From contig JAWLHY010000012.1 in NCBI GenBank assembly GCA_041690135.1, positions 32,001-96,000 on the forward strand: DNA of 64,000 nt. Direction: 5' to 3'. Each line of letters starts with the position of its first letter. The first letter of the stretch is position 1. A program made the translations under genes and the position numbers. The notes under the pieces are model-generated. The model did not search any database. It was given only the letters and a program-made list of their open reading frames with translations, and was not told where the DNA came from. The DNA comes from Armatimonadota bacterium (GTDB taxonomy: Bacteria; Armatimonadota; SYMT01). Below are positions 10,420 through 20,568 of the stretch, one piece after another.

Positions 10420-11367
10420 GTGATCCCCCGAAACGATCCGGCTCTCTGGAAGAAGAAACGCCGCACCGCCCGGTGGTGGCGGGAGACGCGGGAGGGCTAT
10501 CTGTTCGCCCTGCCGTGGCTGGCCGGATTCTTCCTCTTCACACTCGGCCCGATGCTGGTCTCCATCGCAATGAGTTTCAGCCGGTGGGACGGCATAACTC
10601 CCGTCTCGCAGATGCAGTGGGTCGGCACCGAGAACTACCAGCGCCTTTTCACGGATGACCCGCGCTTTCTCAAGGCACTTTCCAACACTGCATGGTATGT
10701 GATGTGGGCGGTGCCCTTTGGTACCCTGAATGCCCTGGCCATGGCCCTGCTATTGAACCAGGAAGTAAGGGGTCAGGCCGTATTCCGGACGCTCTTCTAT
10801 CTCCCCTCCGTCGTCTCGGGTGTCTCCACGTCGATGATGTGGCTCTGGCTGTTCAACCCTTCTTTCGGGCCCATCAACTATGCCCTGGCCAAATTGGGAG
10901 TCCCCCCGGCCTATCTTCCCGGCTGGCTGACGGACGAACACTGGGCAATGAGTGCCTTCATTTTCATGTCATTGTGGGGGGTCGGCAACTCCATGTTGAT
11001 CTATCTGGCGGGGTTACAGGGGGTACCAGTACACCTGTATGAGGCCGCCGATCTGGACGGGGCCACACCCTGGGTCCGCCTCCGGCACGTCACCCTGCCG
11101 ATGTTGACCCCGACTCTCCTGTTCAACCTGATCATGGGGGTGATCGGTAGCTTTCAGACCTTCACGCAGGCGTTTGTCATGACCAATGGAGGTCCCAACG
11201 ATGCCACGCTGTTCTACGTGCTGTACCTCTACCAGAAAGCGTTCCAGCAATTCCAGATGGGGTATGCCAGTGCAATGGCCTGGGTCCTCTTCTTTATCGT
11301 GATGGCTCTGACCCTGGCACTGATGGGAAGCAGCAAGCGCTGGGTTTACTATGAGGGGGAGCGATGA
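10420..11367 (+). CDS. carbohydrate ABC transporter permease
   Basis: TM helices; LYEAADLDGA EAA loop. Confidence 0.95.
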   Translation: MIPRNDPALWKKKRRTARWWRETREGYLFALPWLAGFFLFTLGPMLVSIAMSFSRWDGITPVSQMQWVGTENYQRLFTDDPRFLKALSNTAWYVMWAVPFGTLNALAMALLLNQEVRGQAVFRTLFYLPSVVSGVSTSMMWLWLFNPSFGPINYALAKLGVPPAYLPGWLTDEHWAMSAFIFMSLWGVGNSMLIYLAGLQGVPVHLYEAADLDGATPWVRLRHVTLPMLTPTLLFNLIMGVIGSFQTFTQAFVMTNGGPNDATLFYVLYLYQKAFQQFQMGYASAMAWVLFFIVMALTLALMGSSKRWVYYEGER

Positions 11368-12260
11368 CTCTCCCAACCCCTCACAATTCCCCACCGGCAA
11401 GGGTTCACCCTGGCTCCCGGGTCCGCCCGGTGAAGGTACTCACCTACCTCGCGCTCGGCACGCTGGGCGCGCTCTTCCTGATGCCGTTCCTGTGGGCGCT
11501 CAGCGCCAGTTTCAAAACGAATGCGGAGATCTACGACTTTCCACCCCGCCTTCTTCCCAACCCCTTCCATCCGGAGAACTACCGGATCGCTGTGAGCGTT
11601 CTCCCGTTCGCCCAGTTCGCGGTCAACAGCCTGGTCATCACGGTGGCGTGCGTGATCGGGCAACTCCTCTCCGGCAGCCTGGTGGCCTATAGCTTCGCAC
11701 GCCTGCGCTGGCCGGGGCGGGAGTTCTGGTTCGTCGTGCTCCTCGGGACCATGATGCTGCCGCCGCAGGTGACCATGGTTTCGACCTTCGTCGGTTGGAC
11801 CCAGCTCCGCGCCGTCACGGGAGTTGAGTGGGTCGATACGTTCAAGCCCCTCATCCTGCCATCCTTCCTGGGGGGCAGTGCCATGTTGATCTTCCTGATG
11901 CGCCAGTTCTTCAAGACCCTGCCGCCGGAGCTGGAGGATGCGGCCCGGATCGATGGTTGCGGCACCTGGCTCACCTTCTGGAAAGTGATGCTGCCGCTCT
12001 CGCGGCCCGTCCTGGCTACGGTTGCAGTTCTTTCCTTCATCGCCCACTGGCACGACTTCCTGGGCCCCCTGATCTATCTCAGCAGCGTGGACAAGTACAC
12101 CCTCCAGATCGGGCTGCGCATGTTCCAGGACATTAACGGCACCCGGATGAACCTGCTGATGGCCGCCAGCATGATCGTCCTGGCGCCGGTACTCGTGCTG
12201 TTCTTCTCGGCGCAGCGCTATCTTGTCCGGGGCATCGTCCTCTCGGGCATCAAGGGCTGA
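11364..12260 (+). CDS. carbohydrate ABC transporter permease
   Basis: LEDAARIDGC EAA loop; ATGA overlap with upstream permease. Confidence 0.95.
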   Translation: MTLPTPHNSPPARVHPGSRVRPVKVLTYLALGTLGALFLMPFLWALSASFKTNAEIYDFPPRLLPNPFHPENYRIAVSVLPFAQFAVNSLVITVACVIGQLLSGSLVAYSFARLRWPGREFWFVVLLGTMMLPPQVTMVSTFVGWTQLRAVTGVEWVDTFKPLILPSFLGGSAMLIFLMRQFFKTLPPELEDAARIDGCGTWLTFWKVMLPLSRPVLATVAVLSFIAHWHDFLGPLIYLSSVDKYTLQIGLRMFQDINGTRMNLLMAASMIVLAPVLVLFFSAQRYLVRGIVLSGIKG

Positions 12261-12272
12261 ACCGTTCCACCG

Positions 12273-13493
12273 GTGAATCCCGTTAGAGTGGAGGAGACAT
12301 CTCTTCCAGCGCGGTTCCGGAGACCCACCATGCCCCCTCTCGCCCTGTCGCCTGCACTTGAAACGGCCCGCGCTCGTCTGGAGCAGGACCCCACCGATCC
12401 CGTTGCGTGCGGGGACTTACGAGCCTTGCTGGTAGGCCTCCAACCCCCTTCCGTCAGTCATACCCTGGCGGAGGTGGTCGATCTGCTGGAAGCCAGCGAC
12501 CTGAGGGCCCCTGTAGTAGGGGAACGCCGTTTGCCGCGCCTGGGGAAAGGTCTTCAGGAGTCGCTGGTCCTTCACCCCCGCGAACGCGCCCAACGCCACC
12601 ACCAGCTGGCCTCCGTCCTGGGGCGGCTGCTACACCTGCTCCAGGGGGATGAGTCGGCCCAGGCTATTGCCCGTGTGACGGAGAAAGCTACCCCGGAGAG
12701 CCATCCTCGCCTCGGCCGCCTGACAGCGGCCTGCAGCCGCGCCCTCGAGATCACGCCACCGGAGATCCGCATCGCCCGGGGAGAGGAACGACTCTTCCTG
12801 CCCCTGGTCGATCGTGAGCCGTTCCTCTGCGTCCATCACATCTGGACGGCGCCCCCAGTCGCTCCGGGCGCTGGGGAGGCGCGGGACCAGGGCCTCTCCA
12901 CCGCCGAGTTGCTCTTCGCCCTTGGGCATTCGCTCCAGCACGTCCACTCCAACCACACTGCGCTCTTACAACTTGGCTCGGAGTGTCTGGAAGCGCTGTT
13001 GCTCGACCAGGTGCCGTTCCTGGTCCGCACACCGCTCAAGTTCGCCTCCAAAGCGGTCGGGGCGACCCGGATCAATGTGGCCGTCAAGAGGGTGGGAGAT
13101 CGCCTACCGGACCGCTCCCGGTCCCGGCGGGTCGTGAATGCGCTGGGAAACCTCTTGCCGGACCACCAGCAGCAGACCGTCCTGCCGGAAACCGTGCATG
13201 AGTGGGTCCGCGCCTGGATCCAGGGAGTCGAGTACAGCGCGGATCGGGCCGGGCTTCTTCTCTGCGGTAGTCTCCCGGCGGCCATCAACGTCATGTTCCG
13301 CCTCAGCCCAGCTCTTGCCCCCGCTTTGCCCGACCTCGCTGCGTCCGGTCTACGCGCGGCACTCACCCTTCACCGCGACCTGGACCGGGCATGCGCCGAC
13401 CGCATTCGCGAGTTGCTCCGCTTCAGTCTCTCCCGCCCCTACCTGGAGTTCGTCATCGCCAGCACTCCCATGGAGCGCGAACTCCCTGTCTAG
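12273..13493 (+). CDS. M48 peptidase-like protein with degenerate zinc motif
   Basis: ELLFALGHSLQH and EYSADRAGLLLCG resemble M48 motifs. Confidence 0.6.
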   Translation: MNPVRVEETSLPARFRRPTMPPLALSPALETARARLEQDPTDPVACGDLRALLVGLQPPSVSHTLAEVVDLLEASDLRAPVVGERRLPRLGKGLQESLVLHPRERAQRHHQLASVLGRLLHLLQGDESAQAIARVTEKATPESHPRLGRLTAACSRALEITPPEIRIARGEERLFLPLVDREPFLCVHHIWTAPPVAPGAGEARDQGLSTAELLFALGHSLQHVHSNHTALLQLGSECLEALLLDQVPFLVRTPLKFASKAVGATRINVAVKRVGDRLPDRSRSRRVVNALGNLLPDHQQQTVLPETVHEWVRAWIQGVEYSADRAGLLLCGSLPAAINVMFRLSPALAPALPDLAASGLRAALTLHRDLDRACADRIRELLRFSLSRPYLEFVIASTPMERELPV

Positions 13494-14236
13494 GACTGCC
13501 GCCCTTCAGAACTTAGCCCACGCCGGCCCATCACTCTCGTTTTCCTGAGAACCTTGGCGGTTTCTCTGGGTGCCGTCTCTTTGCGTTTGGGGCCTCCCGC
13601 GCGGTTGCACTCCGCCTCCTGGTTGCACTCCGCCTCCCGGTCCTCTCTTGCCGCGATCACACCCGATCGACCTAGCGCCGCTCTTGCTACACTCCCGGGT
13701 CCTCCCGGTCCGCTACGGCCATGCGCTTCCCGGATAACCCGCACGACGGCTCTTCAGCAGGATCAAGTTCGGGCTGCCGCCGCCTTACTACTAGTATTAG
13801 AAAGCGAGCACCGTCATTTCGACCGCGCTCCGACCGTTACCTGGGATTACCAAGAACCCTGACAACGCCTCACATCGCCTGACATTACAGGTACTGGATA
13901 GCCCTCACATACAGGCTCATTTTGCTCTTACATCCCCTAACAACAATCGACCAGGAGCTCTCCATTGGCAGGCATAAGAATCTGACTGGCGGGATCGGCA
14001 ATCCCTAACATCCCTTTACATTGGTCTAACGTTATAGATCTCCGCCACGGGCTGGCGATGGACAGCCCCTCAACATCTCCCGAAACCCGGAAAAATGATG
14101 CGAGTGCTGACATCACACGCAGAATGCTCTCCAGCCGTTGAACGGATTCCCGTAACCCCGAAAGCCCCAAGGTCGTCTCACTACCCGGTAGGCTAACGGC
14201 TTTCCTGCATCCAGGCACTCGCACAGTGAGAACCCT

Positions 14237-14971
14237 ATGTCCCAGCCGTCCCCCTGGCAACCTGCGGCCGAACGAGTAGTGGCGTTATTGCGCTCCGATG
14301 ACCCCGGCGAAGCTTTCGCTTTCCTGGATTCCCTCGCCTCGGCCGATGACTCCCAACGCAACTGGATCGCAGCGTTCCGGGGCACCGGGAATGTACTCTA
14401 CTGGCAGCATAAGGCCTTGAAGGAGTACGTGATCCTCAGCCGTGAGATCATCCGAAGGCTGCATGAGGCGCTGATCACGCAGTCTGATGGGGGCGACCGC
14501 GAGGCCCTGGTGCGGCCACTCGGAGGGGAGTGCTACAACCTGGCTTCTTTCGCCTGGCCCGGTTGGGACGAGCCGGGGATCACCGTCGGTCCGGAGGAAC
14601 TGTCCGCCGGCCGCGAGGCCGCCGCGCTCTGCCTGGAGATTCGGACGGATCCGGCCAACCAGGGGGTAGCGTTCGGTTACACCTCCGCAATGGCCTATTG
14701 GGTCGTAGCCGCCTACGCCCTGAGCGACCGGAGCTATTCCCGGGCCGTCGATCTCTTCAGTCAGGCCGCCGACCTGGAGCGGAATGCCGGAGAGCATGGA
14801 CTGCTCAACGCGGGATATGCCGCCCTGGCCCGGTGGCTGGCGTCCCCTTCGACGGAAACAGAAGCGGCCTTTACCTCCGTGCTCGAACAACTCGCCGCCC
14901 GCGTTGGTGACGAGGATGCCGCGTTCTACCGGGAACAACTCCTCACCGCCCGGCGCGTCTTTGGTGCTTGA
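14237..14971 (+). CDS. hypothetical alpha-helical protein
   Basis: 244-aa ORF with host-like codon usage; no family recognised. Confidence 0.7.
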   Translation: MSQPSPWQPAAERVVALLRSDDPGEAFAFLDSLASADDSQRNWIAAFRGTGNVLYWQHKALKEYVILSREIIRRLHEALITQSDGGDREALVRPLGGECYNLASFAWPGWDEPGITVGPEELSAGREAAALCLEIRTDPANQGVAFGYTSAMAYWVVAAYALSDRSYSRAVDLFSQAADLERNAGEHGLLNAGYAALARWLASPSTETEAAFTSVLEQLAARVGDEDAAFYREQLLTARRVFGA

Positions 14972-15025
14972 ACCAGTTCATGACGACTCCCACTGGCTGG
15001 CGAAGCACAAGAAAGCACCCGCTCT

Positions 15026-15054
15026 TTGACACTGCGAGGGTATGCTGATATAAG
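15026..15054 (+). promoter_or_regulatory. sigma70-type promoter
   Basis: TTGACA-17 bp-TATAAG with extended -10 TG at 15046-15047. Confidence 0.75.
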
Positions 15055-15060
15055 ACAGCG

Positions 15061-15205
15061 GTCTTCGGACTTTCGTGGGCCCTGGTCCGCAAGCTGGCGC
15101 GGGAGAAGGTGCATCGCACGTACTCCAGGCGCGACGCTGCGGAAAGGGACCCAGGGAGCGGGTTGAAGCCAGGCGTACCGGCCCGCTTTCGCGCCAACGA
15201 AAGGT
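15061..15205 (+). ncRNA. candidate structured 5' leader RNA
   Basis: GTC-TTCG-GAC tetraloop hairpin followed by nested complementary stems (see findings). Confidence 0.4.
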
Positions 15206-15212
15206 GAATCGC

Positions 15213-16079
15213 TTGATTGCCCTCCGCCCCCCAGCTGCCCGGCCCCAGCCCGCCCGGCACCTCCGTTCCCCCGGTTTCATCCCCCGGACCAGTCTCCTTT
15301 TCATCCTCACCCTCCTCGCTTTCGGCAGCGTTTCTCCCGCCCGCTCCGAGCTGCGCCCGGTGCGCATCCAGGTCGATGGCCGCACCCTCACAGTGAACAC
15401 CCCGGCCGATACAGTCCGCGACGCGCTCGCGCGGGCCGGCGTAGAGCTCGGTAACGACGACGAGGTCCAGCCCGCGCTCGACCACGAAGTGCCGGAAGAC
15501 AGCGCCATCCGCGTTCGCCGCGTTACCTACAGCGAGGGGAAGATGGAGGCCAAGATCCCCTACCGCACCGTGGTTCGGCCCGCCACCAAGGCGCGGAAGC
15601 CGTACCATCCCACCGTAACCCGCGAGGGGCGGCCCGGCCTCAAGCAGATCGTCTACCGCGCGAAGCTGGTCGACGGTCAGGAGGTGAGCCGCGCGACCCT
15701 CTTGGAGACGGTGGTCCGCGAGCCGGTGCATCAGATCGTCACCTCGCGCTCCCCCTCTACTCTCGGATCCCGCGGCGTCTACGCCGGCCGGCGCACCCTT
15801 ACGGTCCTCACCACCGCCTACGACCCCGGCGCGGGGAGCTGCGGCAAGTTCGCTGATGGCAAAACCTGCAACGGCAAGCGCGCGGGCTACGGCATCATCG
15901 CGGTCGATCCGAAGGTCTTCCCCCTGGGCATCAAGCTGTTCGTGCCGGGCTACGGCTACGGGATCACGGCCGACGTGGGCGGGGCCATCAAGGGCAACCG
16001 GCTCGATCTCGGCTTCAACTCCCGTTCCGGTGCGCTGAAGTGGGGGAAGAAGTGGGTGAAGGTCACTATCCTCGACTGA
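15213..16079 (+). CDS. YabE-like cell-wall protein (DUF348 + G5 + 3D domains)
   Basis: TVRDALARAGV (DUF348), G5 region, TAY...IAVDPKVFPLG...ADVGGAIKGNRLDL (3D); TTG start after AAAGGTG; lies upstream of rsmA as in other bacteria. Confidence 0.88.
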   Translation: MIALRPPAARPQPARHLRSPGFIPRTSLLFILTLLAFGSVSPARSELRPVRIQVDGRTLTVNTPADTVRDALARAGVELGNDDEVQPALDHEVPEDSAIRVRRVTYSEGKMEAKIPYRTVVRPATKARKPYHPTVTREGRPGLKQIVYRAKLVDGQEVSRATLLETVVREPVHQIVTSRSPSTLGSRGVYAGRRTLTVLTTAYDPGAGSCGKFADGKTCNGKRAGYGIIAVDPKVFPLGIKLFVPGYGYGITADVGGAIKGNRLDLGFNSRSGALKWGKKWVKVTILD

Positions 16080-16089
16080 GCTCACCCGC

Positions 16090-17013
16090 ATGCAAGAAGC
16101 ACCGAATCTGACCGCGCCGTCGGTGGTGAAGGAGATCCTGCGTCGCCGCGGGATCCGGCCCACCCGCCGGTGGGGTCAAAACTTCCTCATCGATGGCAAC
16201 CTGCTCGCCAAAGTGGTAGATGCGGGTGAGCTATCGCCGGACGATGGCGTGCTGGAGATCGGCCCGGGGCTGGGGGCGCTCACCCGGGCGCTCGCGGAGC
16301 GGGCGGAGCGGGTCCTGGCCGTGGAGATCGACCCCACCCTCTACGCCGCACTGACGGAAGAGACCACCTGCGACCTCACGAACGTCGAAGTTCTCCACGC
16401 CGACTTCCTGCAGGTCGACCTTGATCGCACCCTTCCCGAAAAGCTGGGCCCCGGCCGCCACCCGGTAGTCGCCAATATCCCCTATAGCATTACCAGTCCG
16501 GTGGTCGTCCGGCTGCTGGAGCACCGGCACCTGTTCGACCGGATCGTGTTGATGGTCCAGCGCGAGGTCGCCGATCGCATCACCGCGGCACCGGATAGCT
16601 CGGACTACGGTTCCCTCACCCTGTTCGTACACCTCTTCAGCGATGCGCGGCGGGTGGCCGTGGTGCCGCACCGGGCCTTTCTGCCGGCGCCGGACGTGGA
16701 CAGCGCCATCATACGACTCGACGTACGCGAGGAGCCGCGGTTCCCGGATCTCACGCCGGAGTGTTACCTGGAGGTGGTCCATTCCGCGTTCCGGCAGCGC
16801 CGCAAGAACCTCGCCAACGCGCTCACCGGTCCCCCCCTCAACTGGACTCGCGAGCAGGCCCGCGCCGCATTGGCGGCCGCCGGTATCGATCCCATGCGAC
16901 GGGGCGAAACCCTCACCCCGGAAGAGTTCGCAGCGTTGGCGCGTACCCAGGTCGTCTTGGCGGTTGAACACACCCCACCGGAGACTCCCTATCTTGAAGA
17001 TCACGAAACTTGA
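16090..17013 (+). CDS. rsmA: 16S rRNA adenine dimethyltransferase
   Basis: GQNFLID, LEIGPGLGALT, ANIPYSIT, MVQREVA, QRRKNL. Confidence 0.96.
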   Translation: MQEAPNLTAPSVVKEILRRRGIRPTRRWGQNFLIDGNLLAKVVDAGELSPDDGVLEIGPGLGALTRALAERAERVLAVEIDPTLYAALTEETTCDLTNVEVLHADFLQVDLDRTLPEKLGPGRHPVVANIPYSITSPVVVRLLEHRHLFDRIVLMVQREVADRITAAPDSSDYGSLTLFVHLFSDARRVAVVPHRAFLPAPDVDSAIIRLDVREEPRFPDLTPECYLEVVHSAFRQRRKNLANALTGPPLNWTREQARAALAAAGIDPMRRGETLTPEEFAALARTQVVLAVEHTPPETPYLEDHET

Positions 17014-18109
17014 AACCCTCCTCGTCCAGCCGCGCTGGCTGTTCCTGAAGATGCACACCGACACGGGCCTGGTCGGCTACGGCGAGCCGGTGGTGGAAGG
17101 CCGCGCTCACACGGTCCAGCAGGCCGTGCAGGAACTGGAGGAGTACCTGATCGGGCAGGACCCGCGCCGGATCGAGCACCACTGGCAAGCCATCTACCGG
17201 CACTCCTTTTACCGCGGCGGTCCCGTGCTCACCAGCGCGCTCAGCGGGATCGAACAGGCGATGTGGGATATCCTCGGCAAGTCGCTGGGAGTCCCGGTCT
17301 ATCAGCTCCTGGGGGGCGCGTGCCGGGACCGGATCCGGATGTACGCGCATTGCGGCGGTGTCACGCCGGAGGAGGCCGCCACCGCAGCGAAGGCAAAGGT
17401 GGCGGAAGGGTTCACGGCGTTGAAGACCGGCGTCGGTCGCGTCCCGGCCCGGATGATCGAGAGCCCGGCCTTTGTGGAGCAATGTGCCGAGCGGTTCGCG
17501 GCAATGCGGGATGCGGTGGGCCCGGAGGTCGACATCGCCATCGACTTCCACGGGCAGATCAGCCCCGCCCTGGCGATCCGGCTGGCGCAAGCCCTCGAGC
17601 CGTACCACCCCATGTTCATCGAAGAGCCGTGTCTCCCGCAGAACGTCGACACGATGGTCACCGTGGCCCGCTCGACCTCCATCCCCATCGCCACCGGCGA
17701 GCGGCTCTTCACCAAGTGGGGCTTCCGCGAGGTGCTGGAAAAGCAGGCCGCCGTGGTGGTTCAGCCCGACCTCTGCCACGCCGGCGGCATCCTGGAATCG
17801 AAGAAGATCGCCGCCATGGCCGAGTGCTATTACGCCGGGGTCGCCCCGCACAACCCGCTGGGACCGATCTCCCTGGCCTCCTGCTTGCAGCTCGACGCCT
17901 GTATCCCCAACTTCCTCGTCCAGGAGCAAGTGAGCCTCGGCGAAGGGTACCTGAAGACCCCCTTCCAGGTGGTGAACGGCTACATCGACCTGCCCACTGC
18001 CCCCGGTCTCGGCATTGAGTTGGATGAAGAGGCCGTCGCGGCAAAGCTTGGCCACCACTGGCGGAACCCGCAGCTCTACCACGAAGACGGCTCCGTCGCG
18101 GACTGGTAG
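16994..18109 (+). CDS. dgoD: galactonate dehydratase (enolase superfamily)
   Basis: TTG start MKITKLET..PRWLFLK, GEPVVEGRA, FYRGGPVL, DFHG, ATGERL, PHNPLGP. Confidence 0.88.
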   Translation: MKITKLETLLVQPRWLFLKMHTDTGLVGYGEPVVEGRAHTVQQAVQELEEYLIGQDPRRIEHHWQAIYRHSFYRGGPVLTSALSGIEQAMWDILGKSLGVPVYQLLGGACRDRIRMYAHCGGVTPEEAATAAKAKVAEGFTALKTGVGRVPARMIESPAFVEQCAERFAAMRDAVGPEVDIAIDFHGQISPALAIRLAQALEPYHPMFIEEPCLPQNVDTMVTVARSTSIPIATGERLFTKWGFREVLEKQAAVVVQPDLCHAGGILESKKIAAMAECYYAGVAPHNPLGPISLASCLQLDACIPNFLVQEQVSLGEGYLKTPFQVVNGYIDLPTAPGLGIELDEEAVAAKLGHHWRNPQLYHEDGSVADW

Positions 18110-18124
18110 CAGCGGCACCCGGGC

Positions 18125-18159
18125 AAAAAAGAGCCAGGATCACGGAGTGATCCTGGCTT
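18125..18159 (-). terminator. intrinsic terminator
   Basis: minus strand AAGCCAGGATCAC-TCC-GTGATCCTGGCTC followed by T6. Confidence 0.8.
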
Positions 18160-18265
18160 CACACTGAGCTGCTTGTCGTATCCAACCGTTGGACGACGGA
18201 TGCTAACCGGGTGTTCCACCGAAAAGCGACCAACCGCCACAATGTTTATCGCTCCTCCACCCTCC

Positions 18266-18329
18266 CTCTCCGCTCGCTCCACTCTCCGCTCGCTCCACTC
18301 TCCGCTCGCTCCACTCTCCGCTCGCTCCA
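18266..18329. repeat. tandem repeat 4 x 16 bp (CTCTCCGCTCGCTCCA)
   Basis: four exact copies read directly. Confidence 0.92.
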
Positions 18330-18342
18330 CTCTCCACCGCTC

Positions 18343-18702
18343 CTACCGTTGCCACCACTCGTCAACGACACTCAGGTCCACCACCTGGATGCGATTCCCC
18401 CACGGGTCCCGGAAATCGCAAGCGAAGGGTGGGATCAGTTCCAACCCCCACGCCTGGACCTTTTCCCGCACCAGGGCGATCTCGTCGTCGTCCTTCACGA
18501 TGATGCCGAAGTGGCGCACGGCGTCCGGCGAGCGCTCCTCCACCTGGAATAGCGCGAGGAACTGGTGGGCACCTACTTTGAAGAAGGCCTCGCCCTCACC
18601 ATCACTCGTACGCTCCAGACCGAACACTTCGGTGTAAAACTGCACGGCCCGATCGATATCGGTCACCTCCAGCGCAACGTGATTCATTCCGTAAACGGTC
18701 AT
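18343..18702 (-). CDS. VOC/glyoxalase family protein
   Basis: MNHVALEVTDIDRAVQFYTEVFG...FRDPWGNRIQV; GGAGAGG RBS. Confidence 0.9.
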   Translation of the reverse strand: MTVYGMNHVALEVTDIDRAVQFYTEVFGLERTSDGEGEAFFKVGAHQFLALFQVEERSPDAVRHFGIIVKDDDEIALVREKVQAWGLELIPPFACDFRDPWGNRIQVVDLSVVDEWWQR

Positions 18703-18945
18703 TTTCCTCTCCCACGGCGTCGTGCCATTGCCGCCTACCGCTACCATAACCGGTTCCGCCACCCGTGTGTCGTGTTCTAGCGTAGGCCCGGCCGAACCAC
18801 CGCCGTCCGGGTCACCGATCTGTCGCCAACGCAAACGGGGAGGCCTTCCGTCCGCCTGTGACGAACGAATAGCAGAGCCAATCACCCCACGATTCATCCG
18901 AGGTCCGGAGTTCCTCTCTATGGGAGGCTGCCGGTCGGATACGGA

Positions 18946-20568
18946 ATGAGTGTCATGCCCCGTTTGCTATCTCGCCTCTTCCTGCTGCCCCTGCTGCTCC
19001 TGCTACCGATTGCGCTGGTCCGAACCGCCGCCGCCCAGCAAGAGGACCCCGTTCAGATCTCGCTCAAAGGCGCCTACTACATCAACCGCGTCGGCAACGG
19101 GCGGGTCGGGATGACCATGTCCTTCTCGCCGCCGCGACACTACGACCGATTGAAGCGCCTCTACCCCAACATGTATGTCCTGTTCCGGGACTTCGGTGCG
19201 AACCGGGCGGGTTTCGAGATCACCCGCAGCAGCCTGGAGGTCACGGCTGATGACGCGGCCCGCACTCTCACGTTCAAAGGCGACATTCTCGGCGCCACCG
19301 CTTCCAAGAACGACCAGTGGCTGCTGGGCATCTCCAACAAGGAGAAGATCGTCACGCGGGTGGGCAACCGGATCTTCACCTCGTTTGCCAATAACCCCGG
19401 CGGAGGCGTGACCCTCAGTGGAACCTTCGAGTACGTGCTCCCCGGCAACGCCACCATCGTCCAGTACAACAAGGAGCGCGGGCTGCTCACCTACACGATC
19501 CCCTACGATAAGCCGAAGGGCGCTCCCCGCGTCGACTTCCAGCTCCGCGCCAAGAAACGGCTAATGGCGGCGGTCCACAAGGTCTACTCCGATCCAGAGG
19601 TGGGCGGCGGCGCCTACTGGGTGGCCAAGACGGTGGTAAAGAACACCGGGACCGTCCCGATCTACGACGTGCGGATCAGCTACCGGCTGGGCGAGTACAC
19701 GGAGGAGAGCGTCCCCGAAAAGTACTCGGTGGTTCTGCCGCAGGGCTCGCTGGTGGACGTGTACTACCCCGTCATCTCCCCCCGCGTGACGCAGCTCCGC
19801 ACCCGGACCCCCGTGGAATTGCGGATCAAGTACGACTACCGGGATGGCGCCGGCCGGAAGTACTCAGACGAACGGTCCGAGCGGCTGGAGATCCTCGGCA
19901 TCAACCAGTTCGAGTACTCAAACCTGAGCGAAGAGGACCGGACCGATAGCTGGTTCGACGCCTTCAACAACGCGCCGCTGCTGGCCTCCTTCGTCACGCG
20001 CAACGACGACGCGGTCCGGCAGTTCGCGGGGATGGTGAGCGAGGCGGCGGAGGGTGCGGCGGCCGCGGCGCGTGACCAGGACGCGCGGAAGTGGCTCAAG
20101 GCCGCTTACGAGATGCAGTTGGCGAACAACGTCGTGTACCAGACGCCTTCCGGATTCCTGACCCCCGAGCGCTCCGCGGCCCAGGACCTGAAATACGCCC
20201 GCGACGTATTCCGCGACAAGTCCGGCACCTGCATCGACCTGGCGATCACCTATGCCGCCCTGGCCGAGTCGGTGGGCCTGCGCTCGTACCTGATGCTGAT
20301 CCCCGGCCACTGCTTCGCGGTGGTCCGCCTGCCCAGCGGCAACCTGCTGCACGTGGAGAACACCGGCCTGGGCGGCGGCAACCAGCGCCTGAGCTTCGAA
20401 AAGGCCGTGGAGGTCGGCGCGCAAAACTTCCAGAAAGCCCTGCAGTCCGAGGTGTACTACCTGGTCGATGTCCAGCGGGAGCTCACGGAAGGCCGCATCC
20501 CCAACCCCGAGCTCCCGCCCCTCCCCGCCGACTTCCTCAACCAGTGCGGCATCAAGCGCAGGCGCTAA
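18946..20568 (+). CDS. secreted protein with C-terminal transglutaminase-like domain
   Basis: signal peptide; GTCIDLA...PGHCF...HVENT putative Cys-His-acid triad. Confidence 0.75.
   Translation: MSVMPRLLSRLFLLPLLLLLPIALVRTAAAQQEDPVQISLKGAYYINRVGNGRVGMTMSFSPPRHYDRLKRLYPNMYVLFRDFGANRAGFEITRSSLEVTADDAARTLTFKGDILGATASKNDQWLLGISNKEKIVTRVGNRIFTSFANNPGGGVTLSGTFEYVLPGNATIVQYNKERGLLTYTIPYDKPKGAPRVDFQLRAKKRLMAAVHKVYSDPEVGGGAYWVAKTVVKNTGTVPIYDVRISYRLGEYTEESVPEKYSVVLPQGSLVDVYYPVISPRVTQLRTRTPVELRIKYDYRDGAGRKYSDERSERLEILGINQFEYSNLSEEDRTDSWFDAFNNAPLLASFVTRNDDAVRQFAGMVSEAAEGAAAAARDQDARKWLKAAYEMQLANNVVYQTPSGFLTPERSAAQDLKYARDVFRDKSGTCIDLAITYAALAESVGLRSYLMLIPGHCFAVVRLPSGNLLHVENTGLGGGNQRLSFEKAVEVGAQNFQKALQSEVYYLVDVQRELTEGRIPNPELPPLPADFLNQCGIKRRR

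Noticed and set aside
9123-12260. Sugar ABC operon lacking an ATPase
   Set aside because: Common; such importers share an MsiK/MsmX-type ATPase encoded elsewhere
13490-14236. Protein-coding genes or ncRNA in this gap
   Set aside because: Only weak ORFs and a short duplicated GGTTGCACTCCGCCTCC; nothing supportable
18170-18240. ZTP riboswitch resemblance (CCACCG..AGCGACC)
   Set aside because: The other conserved blocks (GACTGGCG, CGCCTGGGC) are missing and there is no suitable downstream gene
18266-18329. CRISPR array
   Set aside because: Head-to-tail 16-bp repeats with no spacers, and no cas genes in the window
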